Positions 17,082 through 27,125 of a stretch of 64,000 nt of DNA are shown here, one piece after another. The stretch is from NCBI GenBank assembly GCA_016432365.1, contig CP066686.1, positions 691,992 to 755,991 of the forward strand, written 5' to 3'. The DNA comes from Candidatus Woesebacteria bacterium. Lineage in GTDB: Bacteria > Patescibacteriota > Microgenomatia > UBA8517. The notes under the pieces were generated by a model, which was not told the DNA's origin, did no database searches, and was given only the letters and a program-made list of their open reading frames with translations. Within the stretch, counting starts at the first letter, position 1; every line of letters begins with the position of its first letter. The translations under genes and the position numbers were made by a program.

Positions 17082-18659
17082 TTACGCCCCGTTGGTGGGA
17101 GGCATAATTGCTCTTTCCATTGCCATGGTTACTCGATCTAAATCTTCTCCATTATGTTCTGCTTTAACAACCTCTGATCCGAATGCAGATAACATGTCAT
17201 CTCTATTATCAAACATAAAAGGTGTAAATCTTAAAAACGCCAAGCCTCCATCTTCGGCTAATGTAAAAAGACTACCTTTAGGTAGTTTCACCCCTCCGAA
17301 ATCTATCGATTCCAGATTCATATAAGTATGTGCTCCATGAGTTTTTTCAAAAAATTTAGTTCCGTGAATTACAGTAGTTCTGAGTTTGCCCAAACCTAAT
17401 GCCTGAGAATAGTAGGTGGCCACGTCGAAACATGCGCCAGCTGTAATCGAAACTCTTGCCTTTGTCATTCTGGGATCCAGATCTCTATTTTCAAGTGCGT
17501 TCAAGGTGTCGTTGATTACCGCTTGCAAAGCTTTAAAACCGATGTCATTTGTTTCTGACGCTCCAAGTCTCTTTAGTTTTTCTAATGTGGGCGGATCGCC
17601 TTCTGCGCTAATAATTAACGATGATAGTTTGTCTATTTCGCGAGATCTGATAACTTTTGCCAAAACTCTACTTATTTGGGAGTATGCACCACCATATCTA
17701 TCTTCAAACTCATCTGCGTGACCAGTTAAAATAAATTTTTCAAAGTCTGAAGTAAATCTCAAACCGCAATCTTCTATAGCATTAACCAATGCTTCTCCTG
17801 TTGGCCGATTTATGAACGATTCACACCTTGAACTAGGACTTTGGTTTGCTGTTTCTAGCATATATGGGGCAATATCCGGAATAACTGCTAATTTCCAATT
17901 TGTTTTTAACAAGTCTCCGTATATGCTCACAGGTTTGGTTGGAATTAACTTAATTATTACCCCTTCTTTGCTCCGGATAGAAACCTCACTAATATTATCA
18001 TTTACATCCAGACTAGCATTTTTTTGAAGGACTGCCAAAATGTTATTCTTAGCAATTGCTTCAGCCTTTATTACTCTTGGGTCATATGATATAAGTGGAG
18101 TAAAGTAACCAAAAAAGTTTAATTTTTCTAGTATTGCTGCGGATGCTAGTGGATCTTCGTCAAAGTTAAATTCAGCACTGGTTTCCGGGGTTTTGTTTTC
18201 CAGAAAATTTGAAGTATTTTGTAAAAAAGCCCTGGCAATCGGCGTTTTATGTGTTCTTTCAACAATCCGTTGAATTATATCGTCGGTTTTCAAATCTTCT
18301 GAAAAAACCATTCCAAAGTGAGTATCTGACAACCTTTCAATTGTTAATTTACCAATTTCCGTTACTTTGGTTACCTTGTCCCTTGGCCGAACTGACGCTA
18401 CATCAGCCAGTATTCCTGCTTCGCTTAATTCGTATAGAGATTCCAGAGAGAAAAAGTCATCTCTCATTATTCCTTCTGGTTTTTGTGGAATTGATGAAGG
18501 TTTATAAGGGGAAATCTCTGAAGCTGCAATACTTAAATCGTATCTAACATTCTCCTCGGCCAGAACTTTCGCCTTTTGCCTTAAGTGATTAAGATATGAT
18601 GGCTTCAAGGTCTCGCTTTCCTGTGGAGCCGGTTTTCCTCCAACAGAATCTTCGGACAT
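17082..18659 (-). CDS. Hypothetical protein (525 aa)
   Basis: Long ORF with no confident motif. Confidence 0.5.
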   Translation of the reverse strand: MSEDSVGGKPAPQESETLKPSYLNHLRQKAKVLAEENVRYDLSIAASEISPYKPSSIPQKPEGIMRDDFFSLESLYELSEAGILADVASVRPRDKVTKVTEIGKLTIERLSDTHFGMVFSEDLKTDDIIQRIVERTHKTPIARAFLQNTSNFLENKTPETSAEFNFDEDPLASAAILEKLNFFGYFTPLISYDPRVIKAEAIAKNNILAVLQKNASLDVNDNISEVSIRSKEGVIIKLIPTKPVSIYGDLLKTNWKLAVIPDIAPYMLETANQSPSSRCESFINRPTGEALVNAIEDCGLRFTSDFEKFILTGHADEFEDRYGGAYSQISRVLAKVIRSREIDKLSSLIISAEGDPPTLEKLKRLGASETNDIGFKALQAVINDTLNALENRDLDPRMTKARVSITAGACFDVATYYSQALGLGKLRTTVIHGTKFFEKTHGAHTYMNLESIDFGGVKLPKGSLFTLAEDGGLAFLRFTPFMFDNRDDMLSAFGSEVVKAEHNGEDLDRVTMAMERAIMPPTNGA

Positions 18660-18738
18660 AATTTAGTATAACAAAAATGATGAAGCAGAATAAGCAAATT
18701 GGAATCGAACTAACACTGTCTGATAGGAATTATTTTTA

Positions 18739-19359
18739 TTAACTACGGTAGGTGATTTCACCATTCTCATCGATCAATGCAAGTCGCAAATTGTGTTCAC
18801 TAGCTATTTTTGCAGCTTTTGCTTCCAGGTCGTTGTAATCTGTGCTGTCCCCAAGATATTTAAGTGCATCAGTACAAACATAAATTGCACTAAATCTGGG
18901 GTTTTCGACCCCAATTTCATAAACAGAGTACGGTCCTTTGTTAAAATCAGGAAGACTGATGTCAGGAGGATACGGAAAATTGTTTTCACCTTCTAGTTGT
19001 TTCAGTTTTCCGTCTGGGCCGGTTATATGTCCACCTGTGCCCACAATTTCTCCATCTGAAAGAATTAATCCCACAGGAGACCACAGCTCTTTCGACGTTC
19101 TTTGGTTTCCAGAAATGACTCTTCCGACTGAGAGAGGAGGGTGATTATCTAAACAAAATTTTATTTTATCCTCCCAGTTAATTGGGGGTGGCTGACGATG
19201 ACGATATTCATCGGGAGAGGGTTCTCCTTCCCAAGTTACCATTCCGCTAGTCGTTCCATGAATGAAGTTATACCCTGTCCGATTTATAATTTCTTTCAGA
19301 CTAACAACTTTTTGGGGCACATCATATCCAATTTCATTTACCATGATACACATTAACAT
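18739..19359 (-). CDS. Hypothetical protein
   Basis: 206-aa ORF. Confidence 0.5.
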   Translation of the reverse strand: MLMCIMVNEIGYDVPQKVVSLKEIINRTGYNFIHGTTSGMVTWEGEPSPDEYRHRQPPPINWEDKIKFCLDNHPPLSVGRVISGNQRTSKELWSPVGLILSDGEIVGTGGHITGPDGKLKQLEGENNFPYPPDISLPDFNKGPYSVYEIGVENPRFSAIYVCTDALKYLGDSTDYNDLEAKAAKIASEHNLRLALIDENGEITYRS

Positions 19360-19453
19360 GGAAATTTTTCTAGTTCAAACTATGTATTGTAAATTATCTC
19401 GGTAAAAATACTTTAACAAACCTGCAATTATTGCGTATTTGATCAGACTGGTG

Positions 19454-20077
19454 TTAAGCGTTATATAGGAGACTTTCAAAATCATCGTAAAACTTTAAAA
19501 CAATTTGTTCTGCCTTGAAAGTTTGAGCGTTTTGAATGATCTGATTCATTTCTTCGGCCCTTTCTTTTGGAAAACCTATTTCTGTAGTAAGTATAATATT
19601 GTCCTCATCCTGAGATTTGTGAGAAAAGTAGCGCTTTAGTATTTTGTGCCACTTATTAATTGCAGCTTCAGAAATGCCCAAATTAAGTTCGTCTTTATAA
19701 ACTACATCGAAATAGCTGTTTATTTCGTCCCAATTGCTAAGTTTGTCATACAACAATCTGTCCTCAAATACTTTTGCGGCTTGAGTTAAGACATCGGAAG
19801 CTGGGAAAAGCGAGTAGTATTTATTGTTAATCAAATATTCTTCTCTAATACTGTCCACTAACGAATGTAGTTTGAGTCCTGCTTCAAAGGAGGAAAGGTT
19901 GGTCAAATCGTCGAAGACAATATTTTCAAAATGAGACTTGTCACGGTCAATAACTCCCAGATATCTAATATCGGGTAAGCTCGTTCCGATAACAAACTCT
20001 CCAATATTTCTACCTCGGAAATATTTGTTAAATACTTTGACTGCCAACGTAACATGAGTAACCGGTCCGGCCATCAT
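19454..20077 (-). CDS. Hypothetical protein
   Basis: 207-aa ORF. Confidence 0.5.
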   Translation of the reverse strand: MMAGPVTHVTLAVKVFNKYFRGRNIGEFVIGTSLPDIRYLGVIDRDKSHFENIVFDDLTNLSSFEAGLKLHSLVDSIREEYLINNKYYSLFPASDVLTQAAKVFEDRLLYDKLSNWDEINSYFDVVYKDELNLGISEAAINKWHKILKRYFSHKSQDEDNIILTTEIGFPKERAEEMNQIIQNAQTFKAEQIVLKFYDDFESLLYNA

Positions 20078-20248
20078 TACATTTTACACTCAGACAGCGT
20101 AAATCTAAAGAAGTGGCCCAATCACATCTTCTACCTCTTTGACATGATATGGCCCGTAAGGACGTCACTTTCCTATAGAATTGAATTTTGATATAATTCC
20201 AAGTCTGTTAGCTGAACCTTAACCCTTTACATAAGAAAGTAGGTAGAC

Positions 20249-21250
20249 GTGATCAAAAAGATACTTTTAGCTCTGGTGGTTTTGCTGGTTGCCGTTTCGT
20301 GTGTGCCTGTACAACCACCCTCAACGTACGCACCGCCACCCACGATAGAACTGTCAAACGGAGGTGTGGACCAGGCTAGGCACGATTTGGCGTTAGCCTT
20401 AATTAAAAGCAATCTCAGTATTGCCAATGACCCAGGTTGTAGCGAGACCGGTTCGGTCCCTGCCGCCGGAATTGAAGCAGATTTAATTTGCGTTTTTACA
20501 ACAGGTCTCCCGATGGTGGTCACAATCACCAAGTTTGCCACATTGGCAGACTTGAACGCGTGGCTGTCTATGGACCTCGCGAATATAAAGATCGAAATAC
20601 AAGATACTTGGCACTACAGCGGAAATACTGCTGATTCGGGACGCTTATATGGTTTCTACCAAAGCGAATATCAACCAAACATTGCCTGGACATACGACGA
20701 TCTGTTTATATACGTCGTTGCTGAAAGGGCTGGAAGTCGGGACCTGAACTCTGTATTAGAATGGTGGAAAACCACAGGTTCTAGCAAGCCCGGTAGTGTC
20801 CAGAATCGCGAACAACCTGATTACGAGAAAGCCATAGAAACAACCAAGAAAAACTTGAAGATCGCCAATGACGAAGGATGTTTCTACCAAAGCCCGGATG
20901 CCGGATTGGGTTATGACGCACATTTTCTGTGCTCAATTTACAATCCGATAAGCGGCCCAAACGTGATAGTTGATGTTGAAATATTTAAGTTCTCAACATC
21001 CGAAAAGATGAAATTGTATCTTGACGCAGATCTGAAAGATATTACGTTCAGTCTTTCGGATTATTGGAATTACGAAGGTGAGAATTTTAACTCGGGTCGT
21101 ATTTTCGGCTTTACCAAGTATGATGGAAGCGCGGTGTTGTGTTGGACGATTGACACCGTGTTAATCTACGCGTGTGCGGAAACACCGCGTTATGACAACA
21201 TGACCGTCCTTTTGGACTGGTGGAAAAGAACAGGATCGATGAGATACTAG
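20249..21250 (+). CDS. Lipoprotein with two tandem ~150-aa internal repeats; GC-enriched gene
   Basis: GTG start. Signal peptide with lipobox (LVAVSC). The repeats run ...ANDPGCSETG...WWKTTGS and ...ANDEGCFYQS...WWKRTGS. GC is visibly higher than in flanking genes. Confidence 0.6.
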   Translation: MIKKILLALVVLLVAVSCVPVQPPSTYAPPPTIELSNGGVDQARHDLALALIKSNLSIANDPGCSETGSVPAAGIEADLICVFTTGLPMVVTITKFATLADLNAWLSMDLANIKIEIQDTWHYSGNTADSGRLYGFYQSEYQPNIAWTYDDLFIYVVAERAGSRDLNSVLEWWKTTGSSKPGSVQNREQPDYEKAIETTKKNLKIANDEGCFYQSPDAGLGYDAHFLCSIYNPISGPNVIVDVEIFKFSTSEKMKLYLDADLKDITFSLSDYWNYEGENFNSGRIFGFTKYDGSAVLCWTIDTVLIYACAETPRYDNMTVLLDWWKRTGSMRY

Positions 21251-21258
21251 TTAGCATG

Positions 21259-21299
21259 ACCGGTGTGCGGATTTTAGTCATCCGTGCGCCGGTTTTTTG
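21259..21299 (+). terminator. Strong Rho-independent terminator
   Basis: accggtgtgcgga / tccgtgcgccggt is a 12-bp stem including G-U pairs, with loop ttttagtca. It is followed by TTTTTT. Confidence 0.7.
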
Positions 21300-21341
21300 T
21301 TGGAAAAAAAGCAATTGTTGAGTGTGCTACCATAGTGAGAC

Positions 21342-22010
21342 ATGTCTGAAACAAATCCTGAATTCATTGCCAATGAAAACGCTAATCAGGAATTGGCGTG
21401 GCCAATGGATACAGATAATCCGAACTACCACTTTTTTAGGAGATTGGAGCGAGTGATACTTGATTTTAAAACGGAGAAACCTGAGGAGGCACAAATCCTT
21501 CTAGACTCGCAAGATTTTAAAGTTTCAGTTGTTGGGGGGGTAGCGGATCCAGAAAGAGTCTCGTCCCCAAGAAAAGATTTGGACTTAAGGGCAAGTGGGA
21601 TCGACCCTGACATATTGGATGAATCCGCATTTGCTCTATCCGACTTTTCTGACTTTATAAATTCATCAAATCAAGAATTGCCCGATAGAACGTCCGATGT
21701 TTTTCATATGATGCAAATTAAAGACGAACCAAGTTTTTTAAGTATAGATATTACGCCACAAGTTAAGTTATTATTGTCCGGGAAACGGCATCATACCGAG
21801 ACTATGACAAAGAACCTCGATCAAGCAGAGTCCTCGAATGACACGCCCCCAGGCGCAGACATTTCTTTGCCAGAATCCCCACCGGAGAATGATCCCGAGG
21901 CACCATGGGACCTGCCAAAGGGTGCAGATGCCGGCCTTCCTAACGAACCAAGACCCAAAACTAATGGTAAAAAAGTTCCTGGCGATTTACCACCGGGTGC
22001 AGAAATATGA
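21342..22010 (+). CDS. Hypothetical acidic Pro-rich protein
   Basis: 222-aa ORF. Its stop overlaps the next gene start (ATGA). Confidence 0.5.
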   Translation: MSETNPEFIANENANQELAWPMDTDNPNYHFFRRLERVILDFKTEKPEEAQILLDSQDFKVSVVGGVADPERVSSPRKDLDLRASGIDPDILDESAFALSDFSDFINSSNQELPDRTSDVFHMMQIKDEPSFLSIDITPQVKLLLSGKRHHTETMTKNLDQAESSNDTPPGADISLPESPPENDPEAPWDLPKGADAGLPNEPRPKTNGKKVPGDLPPGAEI

Positions 22011-22630
22011 AGCTATATCTATCGTCATACAGATTAGGAGACAATCCACAGCAGTTGGTTAATTTAATCGGAAGTAATAAAAAAGTTGCCGTAATAGCCA
22101 ACTCAATCGATTTTGGAAACGACCCTGAAAGAAGAATGGCCGGTGTTCAGAGGGAGGTAGACGATTTGAAACAACTGGGACTGGTGCCAGAAGAGGTTGA
22201 TTTAAGAAGTTTCTTTAGCAGACCCGAAGAACTGGCTAAAACGTTGTCAGAATTTGGAACCATATGGGTAAGAGGTGGAAATACTTTTATTCTTCGCAGG
22301 GCGTTTAAGGAAAGCGGTATGGATGAGTGGTTGGTTAATCAAAAAGAAAATAAAGAATTGGTTTATGCAGGATATAGTGCAGGCGTTTGTGTATTATCGC
22401 CATCACTAAAGGGTTTAGAAACTGTAGATGACCCAAACATAATTTCTGATGGATATAAAAAAGAAGTTATTTGGGATGGGTTGGGGCTTATTAGTTTTGC
22501 TTTTGCACCACATTACAAATCAAACCATCCCGAAACTAAAATGGTGGATAGGGAAGTTGAGTATTACATCAAGAATGGAATTGAGTTTAAAGCACTTCAT
22601 GATGGTGAGGTAATTATTCAGGAAGTTTGA
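22007..22630 (+). CDS. Peptidase S51 (dipeptidase E / cyanophycinase-like) family protein
   Basis: IWVRGGNTFILRRAF...LVYAGYSAGVCVLSP resembles PepE GGNTF...SAG. Confidence 0.6.
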   Translation: MKLYLSSYRLGDNPQQLVNLIGSNKKVAVIANSIDFGNDPERRMAGVQREVDDLKQLGLVPEEVDLRSFFSRPEELAKTLSEFGTIWVRGGNTFILRRAFKESGMDEWLVNQKENKELVYAGYSAGVCVLSPSLKGLETVDDPNIISDGYKKEVIWDGLGLISFAFAPHYKSNHPETKMVDREVEYYIKNGIEFKALHDGEVIIQEV

Positions 22631-22676
22631 AAATAATAACTTCCGGGCTTTTTTGTGTAAACGAAGCTCACGGATA

Positions 22677-23159
22677 TTATTTGCTCTCTACAATTTTCAA
22701 CACCGGCTGTAAATGAAACTTTATTTGAGTGTGGTCGGAAAGTCGCAACTTAACCATGGGGAAAGTGGGTTGATTAATTGCAGTTAAATCCCAATCAAGA
22801 CCAGAATATTTATTAATAAAAGAATCAAAATCAGTATCAATTACAAATTCAGCGTGTTCTAAGGCGGATGGACATTCTTGATCTTCCTTAGGAGCAACCA
22901 ACTCTACTGCCTCAATTTTCCGATCCTTATAGTCCAATGGATTATTTAACTTAAATATTCCGACCCGTCTACCACCAACGATATTTTCTGATATTAATTT
23001 AGCTATCTTTTCTACATCTGGTTTTAATTTATCGTAATCTTTATCTGAAGAACACTGATAACCAAAATGGTCAAGGTTGTATTTGGAGACATCAATGCCC
23101 TTAGCTTCAATATCCTGAAGTAGTTTATCTAAGAAGTCTTTGTAATTATCTAAAATCAT
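22677..23159 (-). CDS. Hypothetical protein (possibly VOC/YecM-like fold)
   Basis: 160 aa. Weak LDHFGYQCSS motif only. Confidence 0.4.
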   Translation of the reverse strand: MILDNYKDFLDKLLQDIEAKGIDVSKYNLDHFGYQCSSDKDYDKLKPDVEKIAKLISENIVGGRRVGIFKLNNPLDYKDRKIEAVELVAPKEDQECPSALEHAEFVIDTDFDSFINKYSGLDWDLTAINQPTFPMVKLRLSDHTQIKFHLQPVLKIVESK

Positions 23160-23179
23160 CTTTTGTGAAGGATTTAAAG

Positions 23180-23767
23180 CTAGTCCGTTTTGTATTCAAT
23201 GCCATCCAACTTCTCCAGTATTAATTTTTGTTCTTCTTTGTCTATAACTGCATATGCACAATCTGCAATGTCAATTTCTCTATCTTTTAGAATCTCCCTA
23301 AAGATGACTCTGATAGGTCCACCATGTGTAACAATTCCGATTGTAGAATAGTTTGCCGAACCTGCAATCTCTGTGAATATTTTTTTTATTCTTTCTACAA
23401 AATTTTCATAAGATTCAGCTCCCTCTATTGTATTTTTATAATCTTTAACTTGCTCAACCAATTCAGGATACTTTGTTTTTGCTTCGTCCCGAATCATCCC
23501 GGACAGAATCCCGTTTTGGTTTCTTTCCTTCAAGTCCTCAATTGTTTTTATATCGCAATTAAGCTTAGCGTTTATTATTCCTGCAGTCTGCTGCGCTCGT
23601 TTTAGAGGACTGCAAAAAATAGATTGAATCCCTGAATTTGAAAGTTTGTCTGCCAATTCTTGCGCCTGAACTTCACCCTCATTTGAAAGGTCGTCGTCGT
23701 AGCTTCCACCATATCTGTTCTCAACATCTCCGGTAGTTTGTCCGTGTCTAATTAGATAAATTTTCAT
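23180..23767 (-). CDS. Histidine phosphatase (phosphoglycerate mutase-like) family protein
   Basis: IYLIRHGQTTGD RHG motif at the N-terminus. Confidence 0.8.
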   Translation of the reverse strand: MKIYLIRHGQTTGDVENRYGGSYDDDLSNEGEVQAQELADKLSNSGIQSIFCSPLKRAQQTAGIINAKLNCDIKTIEDLKERNQNGILSGMIRDEAKTKYPELVEQVKDYKNTIEGAESYENFVERIKKIFTEIAGSANYSTIGIVTHGGPIRVIFREILKDREIDIADCAYAVIDKEEQKLILEKLDGIEYKTD

Positions 23768-23778
23768 ATAATTTCTAC

Positions 23779-24405
23779 TTAAAGAATAACAGGAACTGAA
23801 TAATAAGTAACAAGCATTCCGCTTTCGTTATCGAACGTCTGATTTTCGTTAAGAGCTGTTTCAGTTTCAGGTTTTTTCCACTCAGGATTCTGTGGTGAGC
23901 TGTTTAATCCTACAGGCACCAAAACGCCTCCACCCCGATCATTATATGGATCTATTTCTCTAAACTCAAATCTTACGATTTCTGTTTCGGAAAATTTCGT
24001 ATCGTCCTCGTACTCTCCTTTTCTCGCAAATTGATAAGTGACTTTATTTACTCCTTCTGGTGGATTGGTAGATTCAAACATTTCTGTAATAATCATCCTG
24101 GGCCCATTCTCTGTTTCTTCGTAAGATGCAATATAAGAAGATGTAAGTGTGTCGGGTGTTTCTCCCCATGTTTTACAAATTATATCTGTGATTTTTTCCT
24201 CAGGAATATCTCGGAAGTCTTCTATTCTGATTTCAGGGGATGGTTTTACAATTTCCGTTTTTGGTAAATGGGATTCTACTTCTAATCTATGAAATGTCCC
24301 CAAAAATTTATTGAACTTAGAATCGCCCAAGACAGCTCCTTCTCCATGGATTTTGCCAGCCTCAAAAGATTTTAGAAGGTCCTTATCACTTAATGAATCC
24401 GACAT
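23779..24405 (-). CDS. Hypothetical protein
   Basis: 208-aa ORF. Confidence 0.5.
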   Translation of the reverse strand: MSDSLSDKDLLKSFEAGKIHGEGAVLGDSKFNKFLGTFHRLEVESHLPKTEIVKPSPEIRIEDFRDIPEEKITDIICKTWGETPDTLTSSYIASYEETENGPRMIITEMFESTNPPEGVNKVTYQFARKGEYEDDTKFSETEIVRFEFREIDPYNDRGGGVLVPVGLNSSPQNPEWKKPETETALNENQTFDNESGMLVTYYSVPVIL

Positions 24406-24535
24406 ATATGATTATGATGATTATAGCAAACTCAAAACAAAATATAGGTTTGCAAATTTATGTTTTGAGTTCGGTATGTAGGAATTCCGTGTTTGCCAAA
24501 CTTGAATAAACTGGTATATAAAACTAGAATGAGTT

Positions 24536-26419
24536 ATGCCGGAAAATGGAGATATTAATTTCGATGGGACGCAAATAGATTTATCGGGGTTCAGATATAG
24601 AGAGCCAGTAATCGCTCCACCGTCTGACGCACCTATGGAAACCCGAGACAGGCTGACCCGCCTTGCCCGTGATTTTCGGGAGATTTACGATCCTTCTGGC
24701 AGCATGGGTAATCCCGATATTAACCGTTCTCCGAGGGAACAAAGAATCTCGGACAATGATTGGGGGGATTGGTCATATAATTTGTTTCCGGACAACGATC
24801 ATCTCCAAAATAAAGTTTTAGACATTATCGGACAAGTTACCAAAAAGAGAAATCTTGAAAGCATAAGCCGCGAGACTGTAGCCAGGTTACTTTTATCTAC
24901 AATCGAGCCCCCACCTGTAGTTACTGAAAAAGAATCCAGTTTGAATAGAATACTTTGGGAAACAACAACAGCAGAGGCGCAAAAAGTCGCCACTGATTTT
25001 TATGCAATTTTACGCGGTGAAGATATTCCAACCAGACCCGATGAAAACGAGCTTACTTTTATAGAGGCGGCTAAAACGGAAATAGAAGAACTTGGTGATG
25101 ATGTTGACCCGAGAATTATTCGGTCACAAATATCCGCTCTTCATGGGTTGGTTTATGGGGGCGGTTTAGATGACTTATATAGAAAATACAAAGAGGGTTG
25201 TGCTAAGTTTGGTGTTGAGTTTCCCTCGGATGAAATGGATGTGTTGGCGGTTAAAACTGAACTGGCATATATGTTTTTAGATAAAATTAGACATAAAAAC
25301 GAGGAAGAAAAATTTTCAAATATTCCCTCCGGTGTTATAACATTGGGAATGGAAGTTGAATATACTAATTTTATTGCAAATGAATTAAAAACCTGTGGTA
25401 TATACGAAGCGTTGCTTGTGCAATTTAATGAGGATATAGAAAAAGCTGAGCATCCGGCAGAAAAAGAAGTTTACGAAGAGGCAAAGAAAAAAATACAAAC
25501 TAGATTAAATATTTTAAAGTCAATTCTTCAAAATCGGAATCAAAAATCAGTGGAAGGTGCTTTTAAGGTGTGGGAACCAGGGAAAATGGCTGCTGTTAAA
25601 ATGGGGGTAATCGAGGAAAAAGCAGAAATTAGTGCAACCGAGATTGCCACTAAACCTGCTGCTTCATATAAAACACAGCTACGCGAGTTGGTATCCATAT
25701 CAACAGTTGGTGGTTTAAGGTCTAGTTGGGGTGTTCACGAAACTTTTGGAGGAGTTGAATTATCAACAAAACACACCGAATTTATGGACGGCTTGCCCAT
25801 TGCTATTGCTGCCGGCTTTATTGATTTTGGCAAAATAAGTGACAAGGTTAAATCTAATATTTATGGAGGGTTTGGTATCGTTGGTGAAAAACATACAAAG
25901 CCCGGGTACGACCAAGCGACTGAGTCCTCGGTCTATTTTCCTTTTCATCGTTCAAGAACAAGTGCCTATATGGAGGTTGCCGCAAATGTAAAGCAGAAAA
26001 ATGGCATCGAACTTAGATCTTTGCCGGAATATAATCAAAAGTCATTCCCTAAACTTGTCAGGCAGTTATCTTTCCATTACCTTTTTGCTCATGGAGTAAA
26101 ATCAATTCAAAAAGAAGAGTCTGCCAGAACAGATCAGGATAAGAAATTGGTTGAAGCCTATTCCGAACTCTTAACAAATTGGAAGGAGTTGTTGGCGGCA
26201 AAAGATATAGAACCACCCACCAATGAAGAAAAATGGCTAACTGGTTATCATTTTAGTTATACCGAATCAGAAACCGATCGACATGATACGAACCCATATA
26301 TTGTTTTTGTGAGTAAAATGGTGGTTATGGCCCAGGAAGATCCCGAGTTTTCTAAAGAGGTGAGAAGAATTATAAGAGTTTTTTCCGGTAAAACTAGAAA
26401 AATTTTAGGGGAAAATTGA
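24536..26419 (+). CDS. Hypothetical protein (627 aa)
   Basis: Long ORF with no recognised motif. Confidence 0.55.
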   Translation: MPENGDINFDGTQIDLSGFRYREPVIAPPSDAPMETRDRLTRLARDFREIYDPSGSMGNPDINRSPREQRISDNDWGDWSYNLFPDNDHLQNKVLDIIGQVTKKRNLESISRETVARLLLSTIEPPPVVTEKESSLNRILWETTTAEAQKVATDFYAILRGEDIPTRPDENELTFIEAAKTEIEELGDDVDPRIIRSQISALHGLVYGGGLDDLYRKYKEGCAKFGVEFPSDEMDVLAVKTELAYMFLDKIRHKNEEEKFSNIPSGVITLGMEVEYTNFIANELKTCGIYEALLVQFNEDIEKAEHPAEKEVYEEAKKKIQTRLNILKSILQNRNQKSVEGAFKVWEPGKMAAVKMGVIEEKAEISATEIATKPAASYKTQLRELVSISTVGGLRSSWGVHETFGGVELSTKHTEFMDGLPIAIAAGFIDFGKISDKVKSNIYGGFGIVGEKHTKPGYDQATESSVYFPFHRSRTSAYMEVAANVKQKNGIELRSLPEYNQKSFPKLVRQLSFHYLFAHGVKSIQKEESARTDQDKKLVEAYSELLTNWKELLAAKDIEPPTNEEKWLTGYHFSYTESETDRHDTNPYIVFVSKMVVMAQEDPEFSKEVRRIIRVFSGKTRKILGEN

Positions 26420-26450
26420 AATTAATTTATAAAAGTAACATAATATAATA

Positions 26451-27125
26451 ATGAAGATACTGAAAAAGTTATTGGTCGGGTTGGTCATCCTCTTAGTTAT
26501 CATAGTCGCCATCTTAAGTTACATCGGTGTTATGCCTGTTTTCTCCAAATATTTGGCTAAGCCGATAGATTTGGGGGTTAAAGCTGACCCTGCACTTGTA
26601 ACCGCTTTTGAATCAAAATTTGCCCCAACAGCAGTTGACGGAAAAGTTAACTTGGATGTTAATTTAAGTAGTGCCGAAGTTACCTCTATTTTTGCTGTAT
26701 GGGAAACACGAGATAAAAATTTTCCCCTCCACAATGTTCAGGTTAGGTTTAATTCGGACGGAACAGGTGAGGCTTCGGGATTTCTGAAAGTCGCAACAGC
26801 AATTTCTTTGGCAAAAAATCTTGGATATTCCGATAGTGATATTGAAACAGGAAAGAAATATGTCCAATTTGTTTCCGGAGATTTACCATTTTATGTTAAA
26901 GGGACCGGGGGTATGACAAATAATGTGCTCTCAATTAACCCAACCACTTTCCAATTGGGAAGAGCGGGTGTACCGGAATCTATAACCAATCTTGCCGCAA
27001 ACGCAGTTGGGGATATGATAGAACGAAGAATAAATCAAATTGGTGGTGCTGATATACAGGAAGCCAACTTCAAATCAGGTTCCTTCCGGCTTGTGGGTTC
27101 TGTACCGGAAACGATTAAGTATTAA
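26451..27125 (+). CDS. Membrane-anchored hypothetical protein
   Basis: N-terminal TM helix (LLVGLVILLVIIVAILSYIGV). Confidence 0.5.
   Translation: MKILKKLLVGLVILLVIIVAILSYIGVMPVFSKYLAKPIDLGVKADPALVTAFESKFAPTAVDGKVNLDVNLSSAEVTSIFAVWETRDKNFPLHNVQVRFNSDGTGEASGFLKVATAISLAKNLGYSDSDIETGKKYVQFVSGDLPFYVKGTGGMTNNVLSINPTTFQLGRAGVPESITNLAANAVGDMIERRINQIGGADIQEANFKSGSFRLVGSVPETIKY

Noticed and set aside
17082-18659. Tentative match of the 525-aa protein to cofactor-independent phosphoglycerate mutase / alkaline-phosphatase-superfamily enzymes
   Set aside because: Only vague motif resemblance (TGHADE, HGT). The metal-ligand motifs could not be located. Left as hypothetical.
20227-20541. 104-aa minus-strand ORF
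   Set aside because: It is antisense to the 5' end of the lipoprotein gene. It is an Ala/Thr/Gly-rich artefact of the GC-rich region.
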